This document shows positions 1 to 9,895 of a DNA stretch of 64,000 bases, piece after piece. The DNA lies in assembly GCA_048884785.1 (NCBI GenBank), contig JBHLQM010000006.1:1289-65288 (forward strand). The letters run 5' to 3'. The first letter of the stretch is position 1; each line of letters begins with the position of its first letter. Both the position numbers and the translations under genes were made by a program. Under the pieces are notes generated by a model. The model did not search any database. It was not told where the DNA came from and saw nothing but the letters and a program-made list of their open reading frames with translations. Source of the DNA: Candidatus Thorarchaeota archaeon. GTDB taxonomy: Archaea > Asgardarchaeota > Thorarchaeia > Thorarchaeales > Thorarchaeaceae.

Positions 1-81
1 GAGGATTATCTCTCTCATGTAGTATCCATATACAGGAATGAAGGAATTCCCGAATCCGCCATATTTGAGGTCTTTTCTGGG

Positions 82-969
82 ATGAGAACAAGTGCCCTCC
101 TATCAAGCTCCCGGGATCATAGTTCTCCTGATTGCATGGTATTTGGCTCTTCAGCTGTAGTTACAAATATAGAATGCCCTGCGTTTCCTCCTCCAGATGA
201 AACATCCAGATGTGGATCAATCAGTCGTTTTCCCGCTGGACCAACAATCGAAACTGCAACAACCCTTGCTGAGCTAGGTCTGAAAGTGTCTTTTGTATCA
301 TCAATTGGTAATGATCAAGATGGTCGTGATGTGATATCATCATTGATAAAATCAAATGTCGATGTTTCAGATCTATTTATTGAAGATGGGAAATCTACCA
401 ATCAGACAGTCATCATTAATGAGACAAAGACATCTAGAACGATGATAGGTGTTGATTCCAGAACAGCATTGTCTATCACAACACCTATGCGAGTTCCCTG
501 GGAAAAGCTGGAAACCGCAAGATTAGTCTACATCGGGGAAGTATTCATTGAAGTTGCATCGACAATTGCAGGGTATGCAAGGGGCAAGGGAATTCCAATT
601 GTCTATCGATGTTCTATTCCATTTCTAGAAGAAGGTCTTGATACATTAATTCCAGTCATTTCCCAGGTTGATTTCATTCTACTTTCAAATGATGCATGGA
701 AATACCTGCAGGAGAAAGTCGGAAGGAACCCCACCATAAAACTAAGAGAACTCACTGACGCCTCTATTATAGCACGCACTTCATCAAATTCGTATAAAGT
801 ATTCATGAAGAACCAAAAACCATTGACCTTTAGAAGTCAAAATCACCATGGTGACATGACCCGTCTTTTTTCTGCAGGTTTCATCGATGCACTTGTGCAT
901 GGGGAAACTTCTGAGAGGGCCATCAAACGAGGTGTTAATAATGAAGATGAAAGAAGAATGGCTTCTTAG
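82..969 (+). CDS. PfkB/ribokinase-family protein, degenerate
   Basis: N-terminal PfkB pattern (PAGP..ETATTLAELGLKVSFVSSIGNDQDG). The C-terminal DTxGAGD motif is absent (GDMTRLFSAGFI). True start may be the ATG at 136. Confidence 0.65.
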   Translation: MRTSALLSSSRDHSSPDCMVFGSSAVVTNIECPAFPPPDETSRCGSISRFPAGPTIETATTLAELGLKVSFVSSIGNDQDGRDVISSLIKSNVDVSDLFIEDGKSTNQTVIINETKTSRTMIGVDSRTALSITTPMRVPWEKLETARLVYIGEVFIEVASTIAGYARGKGIPIVYRCSIPFLEEGLDTLIPVISQVDFILLSNDAWKYLQEKVGRNPTIKLRELTDASIIARTSSNSYKVFMKNQKPLTFRSQNHHGDMTRLFSAGFIDALVHGETSERAIKRGVNNEDERRMAS

Positions 970-1937
970 TTACTCGATGATGCCAAGATCCAGAAGAAAA
1001 GACCCCCAAGTATCCAAATGAAAAGGCCCGCTCCCAAGACAACCCCCAGACCTGCTCCCATGGTTGAAGAGCCGAAGTTTACATGCATGTTTGTGAAGTT
1101 CTTGAATCCACCAACATATTTTGTCTCATAATCGCAATGAAACTCCTTGTCAGTAACCGCACCACAGATTTCGCATACAAAACGATTCTGAACGACAGCT
1201 CCTATTAGGCTATCAAGGTTGCATCCAATAAAGGCAGTAAGTACAGCCAATGGGAATATGGCAATTAGCTGATTGGTATCGTAAATTGGGACCCAACCCG
1301 GGGCAAAGATTGCGAAAGCGACTGTCATAGCTCCTATGAAAACTCCAGCGAAAATAGCCATGCTCTCACCCAGAAGCGAAACTGCGCCAATTGTACCTCG
1401 AGGAACTTTCCTCCTAAGGTTTGTTATAAGCCGTGGTTTGGATTTGCTGAAAACTCCGACTTCGCTAGCGAGAGTGTCTGCTGATGTTGTTGCGACCGCA
1501 CCTAAAAAGCCGCCAAACATTGCAAATGACCAGAATGGATCAGTTGTTAGTCCTCCTGTTGGTCTTGCGATGTAGATTCCGATAGAGAAAAGCATGGGAA
1601 CTAGACCACTACCAAAGACGTTCTTCCATGATCTCTTCCCCTTGCCTTCTTGAGCCAGATTGACCTTGGCTTTCGCCTTGTACTTGTATTTGGTGGCAAT
1701 TCCGGAACTCATAAAGAAGAATAGCAGAATCGAGAACGCCGCAACTCCTCCAGTATACCAAGTAGTAAATCCAACAACAAATGCGCTGATAAGACCAGAA
1801 ACATCAACAAAGTGGAGCTTGTAGGCTAGCGCTCCAATAATGGCCATTACAATCAGGCCTGAGATAACGGGGTGAAACAGCAACTCCAGCATTCTATCAC
1901 TTCCATATTTATACGAGTTCCACGCAATCCTTGACAT
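966..1937 (-). CDS. DUF92/TMEM19-family integral membrane protein
   Basis: Multiple TM segments; motifs KRSWKNV, ADTLASEVG, GAVSLLGE, DSLIGA and NMHVN; CxxC..HC near the C-terminus. Confidence 0.85.
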   Translation of the reverse strand: MSRIAWNSYKYGSDRMLELLFHPVISGLIVMAIIGALAYKLHFVDVSGLISAFVVGFTTWYTGGVAAFSILLFFFMSSGIATKYKYKAKAKVNLAQEGKGKRSWKNVFGSGLVPMLFSIGIYIARPTGGLTTDPFWSFAMFGGFLGAVATTSADTLASEVGVFSKSKPRLITNLRRKVPRGTIGAVSLLGESMAIFAGVFIGAMTVAFAIFAPGWVPIYDTNQLIAIFPLAVLTAFIGCNLDSLIGAVVQNRFVCEICGAVTDKEFHCDYETKYVGGFKNFTNMHVNFGSSTMGAGLGVVLGAGLFIWILGGLFFWILASSSN

Positions 1938-2164
1938 TCGTCGATTATTCTATGATTATATATCAGGAGTTGTTAGGTCGCTCCAATTACTAAGAAACGC
2001 TCGGACTATCCCTATTATACCTTTGCTATGGACTGTATATTTCGCCGAACTTAACATCGCCTATTTTGATATTTCGACTATCAAAAAGGAGGCTTCTTAA
2101 CCATTCATTTCATAAATGGAGTATTATACAACCATATAGTATTCTTTAGCCAAATAACAGACAT

Positions 2165-5100
2165 TCAGTATACAGTGAACTGCTTTCTGACCTGTTTCAC
2201 AGCTCGATCGGGAAGAATCTGCCCATTCTGTTCTACAAGTGCCTCCAAATAGAATCCTGTGACAACATCGACTGCAGGAGTTGTCCAAGGCACTTCTGCC
2301 TCAAACTCTCCACGGTCACGTTTCTTTAGGGCAGGTAAGCTAACCTCAAAGAGTTTGATAACCTTGCGCCGTGACATTATCCGAAGAAGAATTTTGACAT
2401 TATCAAGAGCAGCAGTTGTTGCACTGCCAATAACAATCAACTTGACGGGAGTTACTCTTGGAACAAGACCAGGAACCTCCACTCCTTCAGTATCTTTAAT
2501 CATAAAACGGAAATTGAAATGTGCATCTTCAACAGCCTTGATTTTAATTCTCTTTGAGCTCCTAGTGGCGCCTCTTGTTGTTGTTGCCTTCGCAGTTAGG
2601 TATGCTGTACTCATTTCAACTGCAAGAGGAATAGAAACACTTACTGCATACATACCTGTTTGCTTGGGTTCGAGGTCAATCTCTTTTTGCCAGATTGATA
2701 CAATTCCCTTCACTGTTTCAAGTTCGGTAATCAGCATGCATGGAAGCTTCTCACTAGAGAGATTGGAAACATGGAGTGTTGAATGAAGGGTTTCATCCGG
2801 CGTTACATACACAGGAACTCCGCTGAATGATATTCTAACGAAATGTGGCTCTTCTACGCCATCCAAACGGATTGTTTCAACTCTGGTATCCACAACTTCC
2901 CCACCATAGATTATTCGTGCCTCAATTTTGACTTCATTTGGAGGGGTTCCTTTTGGTTCTGGAATCGAAATAGGACCGAACGCAATGGATAGGTTTCTAT
3001 TTTGTTTAATCGGTTGATTCAGAGCTGGATATTCACTTCCGTCAGGAAAAGCAAAGACAATTGAAAGGTTTGCCTGATCCCCGGCTTCAGTGTTTCGTCT
3101 AATTCTGAGCCATCCTGATATTTTTCCTCCAATTTCAGAATTCTTTGGAACTCTTAGTGAATCGATGTTTATTCTTATTCCGACATGCTCAAGACGAAAT
3201 CTTGTAGTGTGTGAACTGCTGAGGATTTCATTTCCATCCGCAAGAATAACTGTCAGAAGGCCTGTCCTCTCCGACGTGTTTTCCGAGGGGATTGGTGGGA
3301 CCTTCCATTCAAATTCGACTGGATTCTCTAAAAGCTCTTTCACTGTAAGACTGGCGATTGGATGGCGGCGTCCTGAATCTGCCTTAAACACCACTGCTGC
3401 CGACACATCTTTTGATAGAGATTGACCTTGAGTCTTCAGGAATACCTTCCCTGAAATGATTTCACCGGGCTGGTATATTTCCTTCAGTTCGGCCTCTAAC
3501 CTAATTTTGGGGCCTTTTCTCACAAAGCCAATGTAGAACGGCCTTGAGGTTGTAGAAGATAGCTCCTCACCTTCAGAGTCTGTCAAACTCACCTTTAGAG
3601 AGCATCTTTCCACGCCCTCACTGAAATCATCGGGAACGACAAGTGGCGGAAAATCAGTACTCCTGAATGATATTAAGCCTCCTACCTCAACAGATAATGG
3701 CTGTTCAACCTCTGCCAGTATCTTTTCTCTAGTTGGAGCTATTACACTGACCTTTGCTGCTAGAAATGCATTTTCAGGATAGCTTGTTTCTATCTCTCCT
3801 GAGAATGGTATCTGTGTCGAACCATCAGCAAAAATGGTTGTTGTGGCTGGTCTGATTGAAACTTTCGTCCAAAATGTTTGTATTGTACTGGATAGCTGCA
3901 GCTCCCGACCTGCAATTCCAATAGATGCAAGAATATTGTAGGCTGTTATTCCTTTTTGAGTATCAAATTCAACTTTTTCAATATGAATTTCACCAGCAGC
4001 TATGCTAGGAATTGGGATGAGATTCCTCGTAACAACGTGTCTTTCGGAGTCTTCAATCGCATAAGTAAGAGTCAAATCTTCAATTGACCGTGATAGCGTA
4101 TTTTGAATTGATATGGAGAAATGTGCCATTTGTCCTGCAAACACTCTTACTTTCTCTGTTACAATTGCCGGTTCTATTCCCTTCCACCAGCAGAGCCAAG
4201 TTGGCATATTGGGTGTCCCAACGAGAGGATCGTAGAGCCAGTTTGTACAGCATTCTCGAGTTATTTCACCGAGCTTGCGTAGGAGTACAACGAGATTCAT
4301 ATCCGATTTCGCATAGACATCCAGCTGAAAATCTGCTCCAGTGGTTTTTGGATCGACATATTCGCTACCAAAAATCGAAACAAGAATGGACTGCATGAAT
4401 GGGTTATCAATTACCTTGAGTTCTTCCAGCTCATCTCTCAGCAAATAAAGCATTGATGTGACTGCGTCACCCATGAACCGATTTCTTTTCTTTTCACTAA
4501 TGGTACCATCATCATTGATCTGCATATTGTATGCTTTGATGAAGTGTGATTTAGGATCAATCGACGAAGGCCGAAAAGGTCCCCAGAGACCTGCTTCCAC
4601 CGAAGTTTCTCTATTGCCAGCTAAGCAGTCTGCTCCAACGTCTGGGATTGTTTGTCCAGCTTCTATCATGCGTTTTGCCTTCAAAGCTAAGGTTTGCAGA
4701 AGCAAAGCAATTCCTATGCGCCGAGGCACTGAGAGCTGTGTGTCCGATACTCTCAGTTCTATCGTTCCTATTTTCGTATATGGATACAAATCCACCATGC
4801 GAGCAAAACTGCGATTAACGTGAAGAGAGAATCCTTCCACATCCTTTTTGGAAACGTAAGGTATGAACTCGAATTCATTCGTAGGTCCAAGTTGAGTTGT
4901 ATTCTTTACTAGTCTTATAGACCGCTTGCATTTTGGTGCTCTTGTTTTTCCTTGTTCATCCACCCACACCTCATCAGTTGTCTTTTTGTTTTCAAAAGGA
5001 GAATTTACTGTTAGTGCAATAATATGTGGCAGGAAGTTTCTCACCATATTGTAGACGCCTATCTTCACTTTATCTGGGACATCAGGCCCTAGAAAGTGAT

Positions 5101-5620
5101 GATGTTCACCAAATGACAGATTCTTCAAGTATTCCTGAGCAGGATTTAGACCCGTTGAAATTAATGCGACATTGGTATCTTTTGGCAGAGAGTCATATGA
5201 TACGGCAATTAATGTCTGAACCCACCAAGCCAACTCCTCAAGAGTTGTGCAGGGAGGTGTGGCTATCTCCAAAATCCAGGTGAGACTTGTTACATTCGGG
5301 TCATGTCCTACTAGGGTATATTCCTTAAAATCGCCAGTTGGATCTTGGTAGGTAACGACGACTCTGGATCCTCTTTCACCCTCTTCGGTCTGCGTTGAGT
5401 GATGGTATTTCTTTCTGACTGATGTAATATCTGCATTTTTTATTCTGCGATCAAGGAGGGTTTTTGCGTTTGAAATAAGGCGGTCAAAAATATCAAGGAT
5501 TTCTTCTCCTCTTATCCACGAGCCATCCTTCCTAATCACTTGAAGCTCTACTTCAATTCCATGAGTAAACGGAAGGGGCATCTCATGGGATATTTCACTC
5601 CTCTCAGTCATGCGTTGCAC
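2165..5620 (-). CDS. Glutamate-cysteine ligase (GCS2/YbdK)-like carboxylate-amine ligase fused to multiple beta-sandwich (Ig-like) domains
   Basis: HGIEVELQ, LEIATPP, GEHHH and GTIELRVSDTQ in the first ~470 aa. The remaining ~680 aa are alternating-hydrophobic beta-strand repeats. No signal peptide. Confidence 0.75.
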   Translation of the reverse strand: MQRMTERSEISHEMPLPFTHGIEVELQVIRKDGSWIRGEEILDIFDRLISNAKTLLDRRIKNADITSVRKKYHHSTQTEEGERGSRVVVTYQDPTGDFKEYTLVGHDPNVTSLTWILEIATPPCTTLEELAWWVQTLIAVSYDSLPKDTNVALISTGLNPAQEYLKNLSFGEHHHFLGPDVPDKVKIGVYNMVRNFLPHIIALTVNSPFENKKTTDEVWVDEQGKTRAPKCKRSIRLVKNTTQLGPTNEFEFIPYVSKKDVEGFSLHVNRSFARMVDLYPYTKIGTIELRVSDTQLSVPRRIGIALLLQTLALKAKRMIEAGQTIPDVGADCLAGNRETSVEAGLWGPFRPSSIDPKSHFIKAYNMQINDDGTISEKKRNRFMGDAVTSMLYLLRDELEELKVIDNPFMQSILVSIFGSEYVDPKTTGADFQLDVYAKSDMNLVVLLRKLGEITRECCTNWLYDPLVGTPNMPTWLCWWKGIEPAIVTEKVRVFAGQMAHFSISIQNTLSRSIEDLTLTYAIEDSERHVVTRNLIPIPSIAAGEIHIEKVEFDTQKGITAYNILASIGIAGRELQLSSTIQTFWTKVSIRPATTTIFADGSTQIPFSGEIETSYPENAFLAAKVSVIAPTREKILAEVEQPLSVEVGGLISFRSTDFPPLVVPDDFSEGVERCSLKVSLTDSEGEELSSTTSRPFYIGFVRKGPKIRLEAELKEIYQPGEIISGKVFLKTQGQSLSKDVSAAVVFKADSGRRHPIASLTVKELLENPVEFEWKVPPIPSENTSERTGLLTVILADGNEILSSSHTTRFRLEHVGIRINIDSLRVPKNSEIGGKISGWLRIRRNTEAGDQANLSIVFAFPDGSEYPALNQPIKQNRNLSIAFGPISIPEPKGTPPNEVKIEARIIYGGEVVDTRVETIRLDGVEEPHFVRISFSGVPVYVTPDETLHSTLHVSNLSSEKLPCMLITELETVKGIVSIWQKEIDLEPKQTGMYAVSVSIPLAVEMSTAYLTAKATTTRGATRSSKRIKIKAVEDAHFNFRFMIKDTEGVEVPGLVPRVTPVKLIVIGSATTAALDNVKILLRIMSRRKVIKLFEVSLPALKKRDRGEFEAEVPWTTPAVDVVTGFYLEALVEQNGQILPDRAVKQVRKQFTVY

Positions 5621-6295
5621 CTACAATGATAGCAATGATTCAATGACCCGCCGAAGTGTGTCTGTATTTTCAGAAATCGACTTACTTAGGGTGAGCTCTA
5701 ATACTGATGAATTAGTTCTGTTTTCCAAAGTCTTTACCAATTCGTATGTAAGTGATCCTCCTCCATTTAGGCCATAATCTATGTTTACATTAATGCGATG
5801 CACTTGTAATGCATTAGTAAGTTTCTCTATGACATTCTCCGATTCCAAAAAATACCTCTTTCCGATAATCACCGATCTGGTATTCTCAAGCTGTTTTAGC
5901 ATGAGTTCTTTTTGCAGATTGATTACAAGAACCGGTCCTTCAAAGCGCGCAAGAACCTCCGCAGGAATCATTTTCGCAACTGTCAGGTTTGTCTGTCTAG
6001 AATGAATTGCACCTGGAATTTTGACGAGAGTTGGCTTCTTTACTTCCAGTTTCGATATTGCTTTTCTAAAAGCCTTTGACTCGGCAAGTTCTTCCTCAAG
6101 ACAAAGAACGACTTTTGATTCTCCTGGATCAAGTACTGTTTTGGATTGAAAGTCACGTTTTAGAAGAGCCCGTTCCGTAGGCTCTAGGATTGTGATTATT
6201 CTGTCAACCGTCTCTCTCGTCTGTTTTAGAATCCTACTAGCTCTATGTAATTCCGTTTGCAAGGAGTCTTTCTGTGATATACCCAATTCCTTCAA
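5621..6295 (-). CDS. Hypothetical protein; C-terminal half weakly resembles the N-formylglutamate amidohydrolase fold
   Basis: 224-aa ORF whose stop abuts the start of the ligase ORF; contains NGGGSLT...VLELTLSKSI. Confidence 0.55.
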   Translation of the reverse strand: MKELGISQKDSLQTELHRASRILKQTRETVDRIITILEPTERALLKRDFQSKTVLDPGESKVVLCLEEELAESKAFRKAISKLEVKKPTLVKIPGAIHSRQTNLTVAKMIPAEVLARFEGPVLVINLQKELMLKQLENTRSVIIGKRYFLESENVIEKLTNALQVHRINVNIDYGLNGGGSLTYELVKTLENRTNSSVLELTLSKSISENTDTLRRVIESLLSL

Positions 6296-6377
6296 ACCAA
6301 CCTTTCCCTATGTCCTCAAAATGAACAGGTAGCTGACCGGTTATTACCTTTTGCCAGCCTGGTTTCACAGAATATAA

Positions 6378-6818
6378 TCATTCCTTGGCAACCAGATTAA
6401 ACACACTCTTTACTTTCTCACTGAGCTCTCTCAACCTATACCAAACTGTTTCTCTTCCAGTTCTCTCAGACAGTCTATCAACAAGCATACTATAATCAAA
6501 TTCAATGATATCTCTCATAATTATCATTGCTTCTTCATTGGTGAAATGGGATGCATTGACCCGCCCATCCGTGAATCTGACTGCTAGAGGCTTTAGAGCC
6601 TTCTCAGCTGAGTCCAGTTTGATAAGAGCGGCTCTGTATCGTTCTTTTGGATTTGGCATGGCGTAGCCTCCAATAATAGGAGCCATTCCGGTTCCCACAG
6701 AACTCCTCCCAATTTCGTCCAGCTCATCCATTGCATCCTGAAAAAAGTCGTAGGAATCGGAGAGACATTTCTTTATCGCACGTAGAACACGTGGTCGATC
6801 TGCTTCTTCACTCAACAA
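6378..6818 (-). CDS. Hypothetical alpha-helical protein
   Basis: 146-aa ORF co-oriented between dppF and the ligase genes; protein-like composition. Confidence 0.6.
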   Translation of the reverse strand: MLSEEADRPRVLRAIKKCLSDSYDFFQDAMDELDEIGRSSVGTGMAPIIGGYAMPNPKERYRAALIKLDSAEKALKPLAVRFTDGRVNASHFTNEEAMIIMRDIIEFDYSMLVDRLSERTGRETVWYRLRELSEKVKSVFNLVAKE

Positions 6819-6886
6819 TAACCCCTCTGTGGGTATTTTCGAAAAGAATCGAAATGGGGCGAATTGAAGTTCGCCCGCATTGAGGT

Positions 6887-7969
6887 TTAGTAGCTAGGAG
6901 CGTCACCAAGCTCCCCGGCAAAGTGACATGCGACATAATGACCATTACCCATATCTCTGTCCTCTGGAATTTCCCTAACACAGATCTCCTGAGCATATGG
7001 GCATCTTGGGTGGAACCTGCAGCCAGTGGGAACATTGATCGGACTCGGTGGTTCACCTTTAAGAGATTCCACACGTCTTTTGACAGTCGGATCTCCTGAG
7101 GGCACAGCTGAAATCAACGCTCGAGTATACGGATGCATAGGAGTGAAGGCAACATCATGTGCTGGTCCAATCTCCATAATCTTTCCTAGGTACATGATCC
7201 CAATTCTGTCTGCAATATATGTTGCTACAGCTAGGTCATGTGTAATGAACAGATAGGTAAGACCGAGTTCTTGCCTGAGCTGCAATAGGAGGTTTAGAAT
7301 CTCAGCACGAATTGATACATCTAGCATAGACACAGGTTCATCTGCTACCATAAATTCGGGGTGGAGGATTAGGGCTCGGGCAACTGAAATTCGTTGTCTT
7401 TGTCCACCAGATAGTTCGTGTGGATATCTGTCGATGTAATCCGCAGCAGGTGTAAGAGCCACATTCTCTAATGCTTCAAGAACACGTTCACGACGTTGAC
7501 TTGGAGTAAGTGGAATCTTATGGACTGTCAATGGCTCTTCAACAATACTAGCAATGCTCTGCTTCGGATTCAACGATTCGTAAGGATCTTGAAACGTTAT
7601 TTGCATTCTCTTACGAAGCTCTTTCATTTCATTCCGATCTAGAGTTGAAAGGTCCTGACCGGCATAAACTACCTTCCCGCTAGTTGGCGTTTCTAAGTTT
7701 AGAACGCAACGGCCAGTTGTGGTTTTGCCACAACCAGACTCACCCGCAAGCACAAGGACTTCTCCTTTGTAAATATCAAAAGTGACTCCATCAACTGCTT
7801 TCACAAATAACTCCTGCTTGTAAAGGAGCGAGGAGAGAAAGCCCGTGTTCACTGGAAACCATTTCTGCATTCCAAGTACTTGGATTAGTGGTTCACCTTC
7901 TCGAATATGAGTTGACTGTTCGAGTATTCTTGATTCATCTATTGTCATTTCTTGGGCCTCCTTAATCAA
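6887..7969 (-). CDS. dppF: Oligopeptide/dipeptide ABC transporter ATP-binding subunit (DppF/OppF type)
   Basis: Walker A GESGCGKT, signature LSGGQRQR, Walker B VADEP, C-terminal [12 protein letters not shown] Fe-S motif. Confidence 0.93.
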   Translation of the reverse strand: MIKEAQEMTIDESRILEQSTHIREGEPLIQVLGMQKWFPVNTGFLSSLLYKQELFVKAVDGVTFDIYKGEVLVLAGESGCGKTTTGRCVLNLETPTSGKVVYAGQDLSTLDRNEMKELRKRMQITFQDPYESLNPKQSIASIVEEPLTVHKIPLTPSQRRERVLEALENVALTPAADYIDRYPHELSGGQRQRISVARALILHPEFMVADEPVSMLDVSIRAEILNLLLQLRQELGLTYLFITHDLAVATYIADRIGIMYLGKIMEIGPAHDVAFTPMHPYTRALISAVPSGDPTVKRRVESLKGEPPSPINVPTGCRFHPRCPYAQEICVREIPEDRDMGNGHYVACHFAGELGDAPSY

Positions 7970-8951
7970 GGTCTACAGTGAGTTCTCCTCTCAGGCGTTC
8001 GTGGAAGTGACATGACACGAAACGGCCAGGTTCCACCTCATCAAAAGTTGGCTCTTCCCTCACACATATGTCCTCAGCGTAAGGACATCTTGGATGGAAA
8101 CGACAACCCGTTGGGGGTTCGATAAGATCTGGGGGTGAACCAGGAATTGAGGTCAGTTTCTTCTTCTCAGCTTTGACCATGCTTGGAATTGCACCGACAA
8201 GGCCTGTTGCGTACGGATGTATTGGCTCCTTGAAGACGGATACGACATCAGCTAGCTCGGCAATCCGTCCTGCATACATGATAGCTGTTTTGTCACATGT
8301 TTCTGCAATGACTGACAAATCGTGTGTAATGAGTATGAGTGAAAGACCCAGATCCTTCTGGAGCTTCTGCATGAGCTTCAGAATCTGAGCTTGGATAGTA
8401 ACATCAAGTGCGGTGGTTGGTTCATCAGCAATTACAAGATCTGGATTACATGCCAGAGCCATTGCAATCATCGCACGCTGACGCATGCCACCTGAGAATT
8501 CGTGTGGGTAGTTGTGTATTCGACCAGGGTCCAGACCTACCATCTCAAACAGTTTGGCGCATCGGTCAAGTGCTTCTTCCTCAGTCACGTTCTCGTGCAT
8601 GAGGATAGCCTCTGCGATCTGCTCGCCAATCTCAAAAACGGGGTTGAGAGCGTTCATAGCACCTTGGAAGACTATTGCAACATTCTTCCATCGTATATCA
8701 CGCATTTCCTTGGCTGATTTACGTAGCAAGTCATCGCCCTTGAAGTAGATGTTCCCACCAACAATGTTGGCTGCGGGAGGTAAAAGCTGCATTATAGAAT
8801 ATGCTAATGAGCTCTTGCCACACCCACTTTCTCCTGCAAGGCCAATTGATTCGCCGACATCAAGCTCAAGAGAAACGTTATCGACTGCCTTTACCAATCC
8901 CTTTTGGGTTTGGTAGTACATGCGAACATTTCTGATGTCTAGGAGATTCAT
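7962..8951 (-). CDS. dppD: Oligopeptide/dipeptide ABC transporter ATP-binding subunit (DppD/OppD type)
   Basis: [34 protein letters not shown]. Likely start is the ATG at 8951 (track ORF extends to 8996). Confidence 0.93.
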   Translation of the reverse strand: MNLLDIRNVRMYYQTQKGLVKAVDNVSLELDVGESIGLAGESGCGKSSLAYSIMQLLPPAANIVGGNIYFKGDDLLRKSAKEMRDIRWKNVAIVFQGAMNALNPVFEIGEQIAEAILMHENVTEEEALDRCAKLFEMVGLDPGRIHNYPHEFSGGMRQRAMIAMALACNPDLVIADEPTTALDVTIQAQILKLMQKLQKDLGLSLILITHDLSVIAETCDKTAIMYAGRIAELADVVSVFKEPIHPYATGLVGAIPSMVKAEKKKLTSIPGSPPDLIEPPTGCRFHPRCPYAEDICVREEPTFDEVEPGRFVSCHFHERLRGELTVDLD

Positions 8952-9357
8952 TTCCGTACACTCCGCTGAGCACAAATGAATGGGTTTCATGCACACCCGT
9001 AACGCGCGTTGCTGTCTGTTCAGGTCTTAAATAGGTTTCTGCATAAGCATCCATCTGTTGTGCTCATTCGTAAAGAAAGCATCTCATTCTGTATTAAAAT
9101 GTCTCAGAAGAAGCAAAGATTGAGGCCATCGGCAAGAGTTGGATTTCCTTTTTGCCATGTCTTGTAGACAATATCCAAGTTTTGCTTTACAGATGAAAGA
9201 TTGTAAGTTATGTACGTTGGCACATGCACAAGTTGCTGATTGGCCTTGCTAGCAGTTTCTCAGAGTTCAAATATTCCTATCACATCGGAATCCAAAAAAC
9301 GTTCGCACGGTTCGAAAACAGTAAAAGGAAATCACTTGATTCTAGACATGACCACTT

Positions 9358-9681
9358 ATGTCAATGAAGGTAAGAGCATTTCCAGAAACAAGAAAGGAAC
9401 CTAGAAAGAGGATACTCCTTGTTCCTTTCATCTTGATCTTTGGCGGATTTGGACTTAGCTTGCTCCACGAAACCCTAAGGTTCATTGGATCCATTATCGC
9501 GCTGACAGGTGTGCTCACAGTATTTCTTGTTGGCATGGTATTTGCAGATTTGTGGTCTGCTTCTCGGAGGACAAAGGATATCATCAAAGCACGTGAAGCC
9601 CGCATGAAGGGGGATGAAAAGGAACTCCTCGAAGAACTCCATGAGTCGGATCCATTTGTAGACACACTGGATGAAGAGTAG
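9358..9681 (+). CDS. Small two-TM membrane protein with acidic tail
   Basis: Two hydrophobic segments followed by a charged C-terminus; lies in the divergent gap of the dpp locus. Confidence 0.6.
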   Translation: MSMKVRAFPETRKEPRKRILLVPFILIFGGFGLSLLHETLRFIGSIIALTGVLTVFLVGMVFADLWSASRRTKDIIKAREARMKGDEKELLEELHESDPFVDTLDEE

Positions 9682-9895
9682 ACATCGAAAACATCCTTCA
9701 TTTCATCATCGGCAAAATTTACTAAAAATAATTGCCGATTATCGAAAATAGTGAACCGGTCGATTTTTCGCACTCCTCGCTCTAACAGACACTTTTTTAA
9801 TGGTAAAAAACGAGCGGCTATATCGGAAGAATATGTGAATAGAGAGTGACACGCAAGTTTTCCCGCTGTTACTCCTAGACACGGAGGCCTTTAAT

